Of a stretch of DNA of 41,633 bases, positions 1 through 9,661 are shown piece after piece; positions within the stretch are counted from its first letter, which is position 1; the number at the start of each line of letters is the position of its first letter. The stretch covers positions 1 through 41,633 of the forward strand of contig JAZOSI010000051.1 in the NCBI GenBank assembly GCA_045657065.1. The letters run 5' to 3'. The DNA is from Congzhengia sp. (GTDB taxonomy: Bacteria > Bacillota > Clostridia > UBA1381 > UBA9506). The notes under the pieces are model-generated. The model had not been told where the DNA came from, ran no database searches, and saw only the letters and a list, made by a program, of their open reading frames with translations. The position numbers and the translations under genes were made by a program.

Positions 1-793
1 AATTTTAGGTGCCGTATTCGGTGTGCTTTTAGGAATAGCGGCAAAAGTCTTCCGAGTATCAAAAGACGAAAGAATAGAAAAAATCACAGATCTCTTAGCA
101 GGCGCAAACTGTGGCGGATGTGGTTACCCAGGATGTGGCGGTTTTGCAGAAGCCTTATGTAAGGGCGTTGCAAATATCACAGACTGCCCCAGCACAAAAC
201 CTGAAAACAGAGAAAAAATTGCAGAGATTTTGGGCGTTACTGCAGAAGAAACAGCTCCAAAAGTTGCAATGGTAATGTGCAGCGGTACTTGCGGTACAGT
301 AGCATTAAACCACAAATACGAAGGGCTCACAAACTGCGTAGCGGCTGCCCGTTACGGTGGCAGCGACAAAGCCTGCAGTTTCGGTTGTATAGGTTTTGGC
401 TCATGCTCTGATGTTTGTCAGTTTGATGCTATACACATAGAAAACGATGTGGCAGTAGTAGACCGTTCAAAATGTGTTGCCTGCGGTGCCTGTGTAGATA
501 TCTGCCCTCATAATGTAATTAAGCTTGTGGCAGTAAAACAGAGAACATTCGTAAAATGTGTATCAAAGGACAAAGGCGCAACAATTAAAAACACCTGCTC
601 TGCAGGATGTCTTGGCTGTAAAATCTGTGAAAAGAACTGTCCCAAAGATGCAATTCATGTAATAGACAATGTGGCAGTGATTGATTACGCAAAATGCGTA
701 AACTGCGGTATTTGCGCAAGTAAGTGTCCCAAGAAGATCATTGACTTTACGAAACCTGACGGAACAAAACCACATCTTAAAACAGAAGAATAA
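1..793 (+). CDS. rnfB: Rnf electron transport complex subunit B (5'-truncated)
   Basis: LAGANCGGCGYPGC FeS motif, CSFGCIGFGSC and several CxxCxxCxxxCP ferredoxin motifs. The frame stays open upstream of the GTG at 23 (ILGAVFG), so the true start lies outside the window. Confidence 0.93.
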   Translation, partial: ILGAVFGVLLGIAAKVFRVSKDERIEKITDLLAGANCGGCGYPGCGGFAEALCKGVANITDCPSTKPENREKIAEILGVTAEETAPKVAMVMCSGTCGTVALNHKYEGLTNCVAAARYGGSDKACSFGCIGFGSCSDVCQFDAIHIENDVAVVDRSKCVACGACVDICPHNVIKLVAVKQRTFVKCVSKDKGATIKNTCSAGCLGCKICEKNCPKDAIHVIDNVAVIDYAKCVNCGICASKCPKKIIDFTKPDGTKPHLKTEE

Positions 794-826
794 AAAATAC
801 AGCACTCCGTAAGGAGTGCTTTTTAA
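794..826. terminator. Bidirectional intrinsic terminator between convergent rnfB and DHHW gene
   Basis: agcactcc-gtaa-ggagtgct hairpin (801-820) flanked by A and T tracts. Confidence 0.85.
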
Positions 827-827
827 T

Positions 828-1925
828 TTATCTTATTGCCAAACTGTTATTCAATAGCGTTGTGCTATACAGGAACAACACATCCGCGCCCTCAAAATCC
901 ACCAGATTTCCAAGCATTTCGCTTGCCGTATATCTTGTGTCGATGACGGTTATTTTGTCATAACCCTCCAAAAACAGAGGCGCAATGGATGAGCCGAAAG
1001 AGTCACGGAAAAGGACCAAGTGATTTTTTGGGTTTCCGCCTTGCTTCTCTATAGTGATAAGCGGCATCGTACCTGATAAAAACATTTCATAGGGATCTTT
1101 TCCCGATGCTTTTTCCATATTGTACATTTCGCCCTTTTGGGGAAGTCCTGACGGGTAGTAGGTAACGATGGCGTTATCTATGGTATCATTTGTAAGATAC
1201 TTAATCTCATCAGGCTCAACGGGTAAAGCGTACTGTCCCGAATATACTCCGTAGAAAGGATATGGAGAAGTGTTTTCCTGATAACTACCGCCGTTTATTC
1301 CTTTTCCCATTTCGTTTAAAATATGGTCAGAAATGTCTGTGATTTTTTCCTGACGCCAATGTGTGTCTGTTCGGTAATAGTCATCAGCAGACAATAAGTC
1401 CGTCACATCAATATACTCCATAAATGAAAGTTTTTCGCGCATTTTTCCGATAAAGCTTTCATAGTCCAAAGACGGATAACCGTTTTTATTTGCCAACACA
1501 AAATTCTTATCGGGAACAATGGTAAGAAATACGCGATTGTCTTTTAGATACTTTTGATAGATAAATGTGAATCTTTCCTGTGCGTGACTCATCATAGCGG
1601 GATTTTCGCTACTATCAATCTTTGAAAGATGCCCGTCGGCTACAAAAACACCGTTGTTATCGCTTTTGAATAATACACTTTTTACAAAGGCAGCCTTAAC
1701 TCCGCGCAAGATGTCACGTGCAGGGAAACGGTCGGTAGAATAACTTTCAAAGCCTTTTTGCCATTCTCCGCTTTCAATATTTTCAGCGCTGACCTCAGGG
1801 AATTTTGCCAATTCTCTGCGCTCTGAGTCTGAGTAGTCGCCCTCGGGGAAAGCAAGACACAAAGCAGACACGCTTAGGAAAATCACTGCAAATAAAATGG
1901 TTATAATAATACTTTTATTTTTCAT
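828..1925 (-). CDS. DHHW-family (AlgX/AlgJ-like SGNH) extracellular acyltransferase
   Basis: N-terminal membrane anchor, YYRTDTHW (DHHW-like) and FRDSFG motifs; directly downstream of an MBOAT gene. Confidence 0.85.
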   Translation of the reverse strand: MKNKSIIITILFAVIFLSVSALCLAFPEGDYSDSERRELAKFPEVSAENIESGEWQKGFESYSTDRFPARDILRGVKAAFVKSVLFKSDNNGVFVADGHLSKIDSSENPAMMSHAQERFTFIYQKYLKDNRVFLTIVPDKNFVLANKNGYPSLDYESFIGKMREKLSFMEYIDVTDLLSADDYYRTDTHWRQEKITDISDHILNEMGKGINGGSYQENTSPYPFYGVYSGQYALPVEPDEIKYLTNDTIDNAIVTYYPSGLPQKGEMYNMEKASGKDPYEMFLSGTMPLITIEKQGGNPKNHLVLFRDSFGSSIAPLFLEGYDKITVIDTRYTASEMLGNLVDFEGADVLFLYSTTLLNNSLAIR

Positions 1926-1937
1926 CTTACTCCCTCC

Positions 1938-3347
1938 TTAAAATCTGAAATACAAGAACGGATTGAATGATCCGTCAACCAAAAACGCTGTAACTACAAC
2001 CAAAAGTACAACGAGTAAAAGAATTTCTAAAATGTCGGTGACTTTTTGTGTACGGGGATTCTCAAGCAACGATTCGCCTATTTTTTTTGGTAAGGGCGTT
2101 GCGCCTAAAATTGCTAAAATCAGCACAAATCCGTAGTTTTTAAAAGCATAAAGTACGCTACTTGAAACAAAAGGAATACCACCAACACCAAAAAGACCGC
2201 CAACTCGTGCGAATGCCTCAATCGCACCATTTCCGCTGAATATCACAAAAGATACTGCAATAAAGAAAAGGGTGTACAGGCGCGCAAGTACTTTTGATTT
2301 TTCAATATATTTTAACAAGAATGTTTTTTCTATTAAGAGTAGCACGAAGAAGTACAGTCCCCATATAATGAAGTTCCACTCTGCGCCATGCCAGAAGCCT
2401 GTCAAAAACCATACTACAAACAGATTGAAAAGAAGCCTTACCTTGCCAACTCTGTTTCCGCCAAGGGGAATATACACATAGTCGCGGAACCATGAGCCAA
2501 GGGAAATATGCCATCTTCTCCAGAATTCCGAAAGACTTTTTGAAATAAGGGGATAACGGAAGTTTTCTAAAAATTCAAATCCGAATATTTTTCCCAGACC
2601 TATTGCCATATCAGAATAACCCGAAAAGTCAAAGTAAATCTGAAGCATAAAGCTTACGGCAAAAAGCCAGTAATACACAACTGACAAATCAGTTGATGCG
2701 TAAAAACTCTCACAAAACTCGCCTAAAGTGTTGGCAAAAATTACTTTTTTAGCAAGACCGAAAATAAACCGTCTTACACCTGATGCAATCTTTTCAAAGG
2801 AATGTGTGCGCTCTCTGAGTTGGTCAGCAACATCCTTATATCGTACGATAGGACCTGCAATCAACTGTGGGAAAAGCGCAATATATGTGGCAAGAGTTAT
2901 GGGGTTTTTTTGAGCAGGCACTTCGCCACGATAAACATCCACAGAGTAGCTCAACACCTGAAAAGTATAAAAGCTGATACCTATGGGAAGTACGGGAAGA
3001 TAAATATCCATAAGCTCTAAAGGCCATCCCATAAGGCGCCCGTAATTCATCACAAAAAATCCTGTATATTTAAAATACAGAAGTCCTGATAAAGTAAGCC
3101 CTATGGTAATAAAAAGAAAAAGCTTTTTAAAGATTTTCTTTTGTGCTTTTTCTATCAAAATGCCAAAAATATAATTTACCAAAACTGTTGCAAGCATCAA
3201 AAATACGCACTTTGGCTCGCCCCAGGCATAAAAGAAAAGGCTTGATACCAAAAGTACAGGATTTTTAAGTTTTCGTGGTGCCAGAAAGTACAAAATCAAT
3301 ACTATCGGCAGGAAATAATAAAGAAAAGATATACTTGAAAACAGCAT
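1938..3347 (-). CDS. MBOAT family O-acyltransferase (AlgI/PatA-like)
   Basis: LPIGISFYTFQ, FPQLIAGPIVRY, DFSGYSDMAIG, FWRRWHISL, GFWHGA and the terminal NPFLYFRF; aaggag RBS. Confidence 0.93.
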   Translation of the reverse strand: MLFSSISFLYYFLPIVLILYFLAPRKLKNPVLLVSSLFFYAWGEPKCVFLMLATVLVNYIFGILIEKAQKKIFKKLFLFITIGLTLSGLLYFKYTGFFVMNYGRLMGWPLELMDIYLPVLPIGISFYTFQVLSYSVDVYRGEVPAQKNPITLATYIALFPQLIAGPIVRYKDVADQLRERTHSFEKIASGVRRFIFGLAKKVIFANTLGEFCESFYASTDLSVVYYWLFAVSFMLQIYFDFSGYSDMAIGLGKIFGFEFLENFRYPLISKSLSEFWRRWHISLGSWFRDYVYIPLGGNRVGKVRLLFNLFVVWFLTGFWHGAEWNFIIWGLYFFVLLLIEKTFLLKYIEKSKVLARLYTLFFIAVSFVIFSGNGAIEAFARVGGLFGVGGIPFVSSSVLYAFKNYGFVLILAILGATPLPKKIGESLLENPRTQKVTDILEILLLVVLLVVVTAFLVDGSFNPFLYFRF

Positions 3348-3370
3348 AGGATTTCTCCTTTTTTATAAAA

Positions 3371-3678
3371 AAAGCGGGCAGACTTGGCCACCACCAGATA
3401 AGGAAGTATTGTCCTAAAAATCGTATTTTTGGCGAATTTCTGCGTTGAAAAAGTTCCATATCCGTCAGGATGATGGAACTTTTTCGCCTTAAACCTCATC
3501 CAAAAATCCTGATTTTAGGATGCGATGCAGTTTTGAATCTCATATTTTTAGAATTAGACAAGGAATAAAAATGCCGTAATACTATGACGTATTTCGGCAT
3601 TTTTTGACGCAGTATAAACTGAAAATATGGTTTCAAAACCAACACTGCCTTATTTGACGGTGGCCATTTGCCCGCTTT
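3371..3678. repeat. Palindromic MITE/REPIN-like element with ~40-bp imperfect terminal inverted repeats and two internal long hairpins
   Basis: 3371-3411 aaagcgggcagacttggccaccaccagataaggaagtattg versus the reverse complement of 3640-3678 aaagcgggcaaatggccaccgtcaaataaggcagtgttg; internal stems gaaaaagttcca/tggaactttttc and aaaaatgccg/cggcattttt. Confidence 0.75.
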
Positions 3679-3689
3679 AAAATTTTTGA

Positions 3690-4331
3690 TTATTCTTCGA
3701 ACTGTTCAGGACACATTACAAAGAATACTTTGTTGCCTGATGTTGCTGTTACCATTTCGTCTGCTGTTACACAGATGTTCCAGCGGAGGTTGGCGTTAGC
3801 CTTTAAATTAGAAACGAAGTCAGATGCGCTCACTCCGTCAGCAAGTTCAAACACATAACCGATAAAGGGGATTGAGCCAATCATAGGCATAAATACGGCA
3901 CCTGATTTGAAGCCTTTTACTTCGAAATTGTCAAAGCCTGAAAGTAAACCTTCTTCTACTTCCATAGCACCTGCCATAAAGGGAAGTGAACCGCCGTTAG
4001 CGATTGATTCTGCGATAGAAAGTGCTGAACCTGATGCTTTAGAACGGAATTCTTGAGCGAGCTTCTGACCAACTGTTTTAGGTTCTTCAGCCGGTTTTTC
4101 TGCAGGCTTCTCTGCAGGCTTCTCTGCAGGTTTTTCAGCAGGCTTTTCAGCCGGAGTTTCCGCTTCAACCTTTTCGTCTTCTTCCGCAGGAGCTTTTTCA
4201 TCTTCTACGGGTGCTTCGATTTCTGAATTTTCAACGGGTGGTTTTTCGTCTTCTGCAACTTCGGTCTTTCCGCAAGCTACAAAAGATGCAGTCGTTGCTA
4301 TTACTAAAAGTAATGCGAGTAATTTTTTCAT
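3690..4331 (-). CDS. Lipoprotein with PAEK-repeat linker, first gene of the MBOAT operon
   Basis: Start reassigned to MKKLLALLL at 4331 (RBS agaaagg); lipobox FVAC; acidic Pro-rich linker then a globular C-terminal domain. Confidence 0.85.
   Translation of the reverse strand: MKKLLALLLVIATTASFVACGKTEVAEDEKPPVENSEIEAPVEDEKAPAEEDEKVEAETPAEKPAEKPAEKPAEKPAEKPAEEPKTVGQKLAQEFRSKASGSALSIAESIANGGSLPFMAGAMEVEEGLLSGFDNFEVKGFKSGAVFMPMIGSIPFIGYVFELADGVSASDFVSNLKANANLRWNICVTADEMVTATSGNKVFFVMCPEQFEE
4084..4154 (-). repeat. 12-bp coding tandem repeat (PAEK x5 plus PAEE)
   Basis: Units such as cctgcagagaag / cctgctgaaaaa seen directly on the minus strand. Confidence 0.9.
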
Positions 4332-4462
4332 ATTTATCTTTACCTTTCTGCCCGAAAAATATTTATAGAGCATAATCTTTTGCGGGCAAAAAAGTTATGC
4401 TGATATTTAAAACCTTAATAGCACCTTGCCCGGCACGGCAAGGGGAGACATACTCCAAAATA

Positions 4463-4491
4463 ATTATACTAAAAGTGCGCGTATATGTCAA
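4463..4491 (-). promoter_or_regulatory. Consensus sigma-A promoter for the lipoprotein-MBOAT-DHHW operon
   Basis: Minus strand TTGACA (4491-4486), 17 nt, TATAAT (4468-4463). Confidence 0.88.
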
Positions 4492-4493
4492 TA

Positions 4494-4522
4494 AAAAAAG
4501 GAATGCCAAAGCATTCCTTTTA
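4494..4522 (-). terminator. glgP terminator
   Basis: aaaaggaatgc-caaa-gcattcctttt hairpin just past the glgP stop, with a T tract on the minus strand. Confidence 0.85.
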
Positions 4523-4525
4523 AAA

Positions 4526-6928
4526 TTATTCGACGGGTTTTGTATGCCAGATTTGTTCTGCATAATCGGTGACACTACGGTCTGACGCAAACATTCCCGC
4601 ATTTGCAATGTTTTTGAGCGACATCTTCATAAATCTGTCACGGTCAGCATAAGCTTCGGATACTTTTTCGTGAGCGTTGCAGTAGGATTCAAAATCTGCA
4701 AGGTTCATATAGGGGTCAGAGTTCACCAGATAGTTGTAGATAGAGTCAAAGTTCTTACCTGGGATGCCGTCTTTAATAAAATCTACAACACGACGGATTC
4801 TGGGGTTACCTTCATAGTAACTTCTGGGGTTATAGCCACGACGAGCAAGGTCATTTACCTCATCTGTGCTCATACCGAAGATGAAGATATTTTCATCGCC
4901 TACGCATTCGTAAATCTCAACATTGGCACCGTCCATAGTACCAAGTGTTACTGCGCCGTTTATCATAAGCTTCATATTACCTGTACCTGATGCTTCTTTA
5001 CCAGCTTGAGAAATCTGCTCTGAGATGTCAGCTGCAGGGATAATGATTTCAGCAAGTGAAACTTTATAATCCGCGATAAACACAACTTTCATATAATCAC
5101 GAACATCGGGGTCGCGCTCAATCATATCAGATAAAGCACAGATTAAACGGATGATTTCTTTTGCCATAAAGTAGCCTGCAGAGGCTTTTGCTGCAAAGAT
5201 AAATGTCTTCGGAGCAGGTTTTAATCCGTCGTATTTAATTCTCAAATAAAGGTCAATAATGTGCAAAGCATTTAACAACTGACGCTTGTACTCGTGAAGT
5301 CTTTTTACCTGAATGTCAAAGAGTGAATCGCAGTTAAGCTCGATACCGTTCTTCTTTGCAACATATTCAGCAAGGCGTTTTTTGTTTGCGCGCTTGATTT
5401 CGTAGAGAGCATCAAGTACCTTTTTGTCGTCTGCAAATTCATTGAATTTTTCAATATTTTCAAGACTCTTTTTGAAAGAGTCACCGATTTTTTCTTCCAA
5501 CAATTCGGACAGCAACGGGTTTGCCTGACAGAGCCAGCGTCTGTGAGTGATACCGTTTGTTACATTTGTGAATTTATCGGGGTAAACCGCGTTGAAATCA
5601 CGGAATGTGTCGCGTTTTAAGATTTCAGAGTGGAGCTTTGAAACACCGTTTACATTGTATGAGCCTGCAATACACAGGTTCGCCATTTTCACCATTCCGC
5701 CCTCAATGATAGCCATATTGTTGATGCTACCACCAAGATTTGCGTGGTTTTCGTAGATGTATGCACAGAAACGACGGTTAATCTCTTCGATTATGGTGTA
5801 GATTCTGGGAAGATGTGATTTTACCAAATCTACAGGCCATTTTTCCAGCGCTTCGCTCATTACTGTGTGGTTTGTGTAGGCAAGTGAAGCCGATGTTATT
5901 TCCCAGGCTTCATCCCACTTGTAGTTGTACTCATCCATAAGAATTCTCATAAGTTCGGGAACGCAAAGTGACGGATGGGTATCGTTTATATGGATTACAG
6001 CGTAATCGGCAAAATTATCAAAAGTGCCGAAACGCTTGAAATGTCTTTTTGTTATCTGCTGGAGCGATGCACTTACGAAGAAATACTGCTGTTTTAAACG
6101 CAATGATTTACCCTCGTAGGTGTTGTCAGCAGGGTATAAAACCTTTGAAATTGATGATGCTATAGCTTCGTTTTCTGTTGATTTTACATATTCGCCTTTT
6201 GAGAAAAGGTCCATATTAAAGCCTGATGTAGCCTTTGCACTCCATAGACGAAGTGAGTTAACAGCTTCTGTATCATAACCCGAAATAAACAGGTCATAAG
6301 GTGTAGCGATTATGCTTACATAGTCTTTGTGCTCGGTTTTTAAGCCGTCGTCTGTCCAGTGTTCGTCAACTGTTCCGAAGAAATGTACTTCCACTTCTTC
6401 GTCATATCTGGGGTTCAGCCAGTAACCTGCTTTATCAATCCAACTGTCGGGGAATTCGTTCTGCCAACCGTCGATGATTACCTGTTTGAAGATACCGAAT
6501 TCGTATCTGATAGAGTAACCTGTAACAGGGTAACCGAGTGTGGTAAGAGAATCCATGTAGCAGGAGGCCAGACGACCTAAACCGCCGTTACCAAGACCTG
6601 CATCGGGCTCCATTTCATAAAAATCTTCAATATCTATTTTGTGGTCTGAAAGATATTTCTTTATATCGTCTTCCACACCTAAATTCCACAGGTTATTCTT
6701 TAAAGATGTGCCAACCAAAAATTCCATTGACATATAGTAAACCTGTTTTTTGTTCTGCTCTTTTACTTTTTTAGCGTACTTTGCACGCTTTTCTGCCAGT
6801 GCCTGATTGGTGGAAGTCATGAGAGCTTCGTAAATCTGACGGGGGTTAGCACTATCAATATCAGTACCGTAGTTAACCTCCATAATTTTTTCCATATTTT
6901 CTTTTAAGTTCTGAGATAATTTGTTCAT
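4526..6928 (-). CDS. glgP: Glycogen/starch phosphorylase
   Basis: EPDAGLGNGGLGRLA, INDTHP, QVKRLHEYKRQ and the PLP-lysine motif EASGTGNMK. Confidence 0.97.
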   Translation of the reverse strand: MNKLSQNLKENMEKIMEVNYGTDIDSANPRQIYEALMTSTNQALAEKRAKYAKKVKEQNKKQVYYMSMEFLVGTSLKNNLWNLGVEDDIKKYLSDHKIDIEDFYEMEPDAGLGNGGLGRLASCYMDSLTTLGYPVTGYSIRYEFGIFKQVIIDGWQNEFPDSWIDKAGYWLNPRYDEEVEVHFFGTVDEHWTDDGLKTEHKDYVSIIATPYDLFISGYDTEAVNSLRLWSAKATSGFNMDLFSKGEYVKSTENEAIASSISKVLYPADNTYEGKSLRLKQQYFFVSASLQQITKRHFKRFGTFDNFADYAVIHINDTHPSLCVPELMRILMDEYNYKWDEAWEITSASLAYTNHTVMSEALEKWPVDLVKSHLPRIYTIIEEINRRFCAYIYENHANLGGSINNMAIIEGGMVKMANLCIAGSYNVNGVSKLHSEILKRDTFRDFNAVYPDKFTNVTNGITHRRWLCQANPLLSELLEEKIGDSFKKSLENIEKFNEFADDKKVLDALYEIKRANKKRLAEYVAKKNGIELNCDSLFDIQVKRLHEYKRQLLNALHIIDLYLRIKYDGLKPAPKTFIFAAKASAGYFMAKEIIRLICALSDMIERDPDVRDYMKVVFIADYKVSLAEIIIPAADISEQISQAGKEASGTGNMKLMINGAVTLGTMDGANVEIYECVGDENIFIFGMSTDEVNDLARRGYNPRSYYEGNPRIRRVVDFIKDGIPGKNFDSIYNYLVNSDPYMNLADFESYCNAHEKVSEAYADRDRFMKMSLKNIANAGMFASDRSVTDYAEQIWHTKPVE

Positions 6929-6938
6929 TCTTTTTTCC

Positions 6939-8366
6939 TTACTTTGCTATTATTTCTTTGTAAATTTCTATATATTCTTTTGCAGGTACACTCCAGCTGT
7001 ATTCCCCTGACATAGCGTTTTTGCGAAGGGCACGCCAGAGGGGTTTGTTATTGTACAAATCTACTGCACGGCGGATAGCGTCTAACATATCGTAGGCGTT
7101 GTAGCTTTGGAAAGTCACACCGCGTCCCTCTTTTGTCTGGGGGTTAAATGAAGGCACGGTATCGTGCAGTCCGCCTACTGAATGTACAATCGGAACTGTA
7201 CCGTAGCGCATTGCAATCATCTGTGAAAGACCGCAGGGTTCTGATTTTGATGGCATCAGGAACATATCTGCTCCTGCATAAATTTTCTGTGCCATAGCGC
7301 CTGAAAAACCGATATAGCCACGGATTTTATCGTGTCGTGACTGTTCCCAGTTGTGGAAAAAGTTTTCAAAATGCTTGTCGCCAGTTCCCAATGCAATCAA
7401 CTGTACGGGAAGGTCTGCGATTTCTCCTGCTACTTCGCACAAAAGGTCAATGCCTTTCTGATTGGTAAGTCTTGTTACCATACCGATAACGGGAATGTCG
7501 TTGTTGACTTCTAATCCCATTTCTTTTTGCAGTGCTTTTTTGTTCATTGATTTGAAACGGATGGTTTCATAGTTGTAATTTTTAGCTATCGCACTATCTG
7601 TTTCGGGGTTAAACACTTCTGTATCTATACCGTTTACTATTCCGCGGAGTTTATATCTCCTTGGAATTAAGATATTATGAAGACCGTGGGAATGAGCCTC
7701 AGTTAAAATCTCTTCGGCGTAGGTGTTACTTACTGTTGTCACCATATCACAAGCTTCGATGCCGCCTTTTAAGAGGTTTATATTTCCGTCATACATAAGA
7801 AGCGAACGGAAGTTCACATCAAGACCGAAGATACTGCCCAAAATGATTGGGTTATATTTTCCCTGAAACTCGATGTTGTGAATCGAAAGAACGGTCTTTA
7901 TATTTCTGTATCGTTCGTCAGCTCTGTAAAATGCTTCAAGATATATGGGAAGAAGAGCCGTCTGCCAGTCGTTTACGTGAATCACATCGGGGAAGTAGTT
8001 TATGAGATTTAAAACATCCAGAACTGCTTTTGAAAAGAAAGCAAAACGCTCGGAATCATCATATTCGCCATAAATTTGCTGGCGTGCAAAATACTGCTCG
8101 TTGTCGATAAAGTAGTATGTTACTTTGCCTACTTTTGAACGAAAAACTCCGCAGTATGTTTTTCTCCAGCTTATAGTTACATAGAAGTTGTCGATAAACT
8201 CCATCTGACTCTTTAGTGTATGAGGAATATCAGAATAAAGGGGCATTATGACAGATGCTTCAATCCCTTCTTCTGCCACTGCTTTAGGAAGCGCTCCCAA
8301 AACATCGCCAAGACCGCCTGTTTTTAAAAACGGTGCGGCTTCTGATGTGGCATATAAAACTTTCAT
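6939..8366 (-). CDS. glgA: Glycogen synthase
   Basis: KTGGLGDV, NDWQT and MPSKSEPCGLSQ motifs; ATG at 8366 with aaggag RBS. Confidence 0.97.
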   Translation of the reverse strand: MKVLYATSEAAPFLKTGGLGDVLGALPKAVAEEGIEASVIMPLYSDIPHTLKSQMEFIDNFYVTISWRKTYCGVFRSKVGKVTYYFIDNEQYFARQQIYGEYDDSERFAFFSKAVLDVLNLINYFPDVIHVNDWQTALLPIYLEAFYRADERYRNIKTVLSIHNIEFQGKYNPIILGSIFGLDVNFRSLLMYDGNINLLKGGIEACDMVTTVSNTYAEEILTEAHSHGLHNILIPRRYKLRGIVNGIDTEVFNPETDSAIAKNYNYETIRFKSMNKKALQKEMGLEVNNDIPVIGMVTRLTNQKGIDLLCEVAGEIADLPVQLIALGTGDKHFENFFHNWEQSRHDKIRGYIGFSGAMAQKIYAGADMFLMPSKSEPCGLSQMIAMRYGTVPIVHSVGGLHDTVPSFNPQTKEGRGVTFQSYNAYDMLDAIRRAVDLYNNKPLWRALRKNAMSGEYSWSVPAKEYIEIYKEIIAK

Positions 8367-8513
8367 CAAAAATCACTCCTTAACACAGCGAAAGCGGAAA
8401 TTCGCCACTAAAAATCGTGGTTCGGATTACTCACTTTCGGTTAACACTATATATTATACGAAAAATTACAAAAATAATCTATTGACATATTACATAAAAG
8501 CAAAGGGCAAAAC

Positions 8514-9626
8514 CTAAACGGTTTTGCCTTTATTTACAACAACAGGTAAATTCAGTTCGCCTTTTAATATTTTATTTTCTGAAACTACTGCATTTTTGTC
8601 TACTATCACACAGTCGAGGGATGCGTTGTTTTCAACAATTGAGTTCTGCATAATAATTGAGTTTCGGATTTTAGCACCCGATTTTACTTTTACATTTCTG
8701 AAAATAATGCTGTTTTCCACATCGCCGTCAATCACACAACCATCAGCAACATAACAGTTTTTAATTTTTGCGTTGTCGCCGTATTTTGTGGGTACGGAGT
8801 CTTTTGTACGGGTTAAGATTGGCTGTTCGGGATTAAAAAGTTCTGCACGGACATCACGAGAGAGAGTATCAAGGTTTGATGCCAGATAAGTCTCAAGGTC
8901 GTCAATAACCTTAAAATATCCATTGTGTTCATAGGCGTAGATATTGAGTTCGGAAAACTTTTTAGCTATAACATCTTTTTTGAATGTTTTCCAGCCGTAT
9001 GTTACACCGTAGTCAATAAGGTCGTAAAGTAAAGATTTTTTCATTACATAAACATCTTCAGCAACTAAAACCTCACTCTGTTCAGGACGAGCCTTTATAA
9101 TTGCGCTGATGATTTTACCGTTTTCGTCCAGCGTCAGCTCTGTGTCAGTTTCTTCGGGAACAGACTTTGTGGCTAAAACTGTGATGTCGGCACCGCTTTT
9201 TATATGAGCGTCAAAAATCTCATTAAAGTTGATGTTTGCCACCATATTGCCCGATGCAATTACACAGTATTCTTCCAACATACTGTCAAAATAACCGTGT
9301 ACGCTCTTTAAGATTTCAAACTGATTGTCATTGTATGAAAAATCTGTTGTAGCAAAGGGGGTAAGTATTTTAAGACCGCCGTTTTTACGGTCTAAATCCC
9401 AGTCTTTTCCCCAGCCTAAGTGGTCCATCAAAGAACCATACTTGCTCTTTGTAATAATACCGATATCACGGACTTTTGCTCCAACTAATGATGAAAGCAT
9501 AAAGTCGATGAGTCTGTATCTTCCGCCGAAAGGCACGGAAGCAAGAGTTCTTTTGGCTGAGAGTTCGTTTAATTTATTTTCTGTACTGTCATAAACATCT
9601 GTAAATAATATGCAAAATGCGTCCAT
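8514..9626 (-). CDS. glgD: Glucose-1-phosphate adenylyltransferase regulatory subunit
   Basis: SVPFGGRYRLIDF and HLGWGKDWDLDRKNGGL; lacks the catalytic LAGG motif; follows glgC. Confidence 0.95.
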   Translation of the reverse strand: MDAFCILFTDVYDSTENKLNELSAKRTLASVPFGGRYRLIDFMLSSLVGAKVRDIGIITKSKYGSLMDHLGWGKDWDLDRKNGGLKILTPFATTDFSYNDNQFEILKSVHGYFDSMLEEYCVIASGNMVANINFNEIFDAHIKSGADITVLATKSVPEETDTELTLDENGKIISAIIKARPEQSEVLVAEDVYVMKKSLLYDLIDYGVTYGWKTFKKDVIAKKFSELNIYAYEHNGYFKVIDDLETYLASNLDTLSRDVRAELFNPEQPILTRTKDSVPTKYGDNAKIKNCYVADGCVIDGDVENSIIFRNVKVKSGAKIRNSIIMQNSIVENNASLDCVIVDKNAVVSENKILKGELNLPVVVNKGKTV

Positions 9627-9661
9627 TTCGGACCTCCGTTTCTGCCGTATGGCCGTCTATT

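Noticed and set aside
3302-3499. Short ORFs (3265-3459, 3302-3499) across the palindromic element
   Set aside because: No RBS or recognisable motif; they overlap the MBOAT start and are by-products of the repeat.
4084-4154. Possible CRISPR or non-coding repeat array
   Set aside because: 12-bp in-frame tandem units with no spacers; they encode a PAEK linker. No CRISPR array or cas gene was seen in the window.
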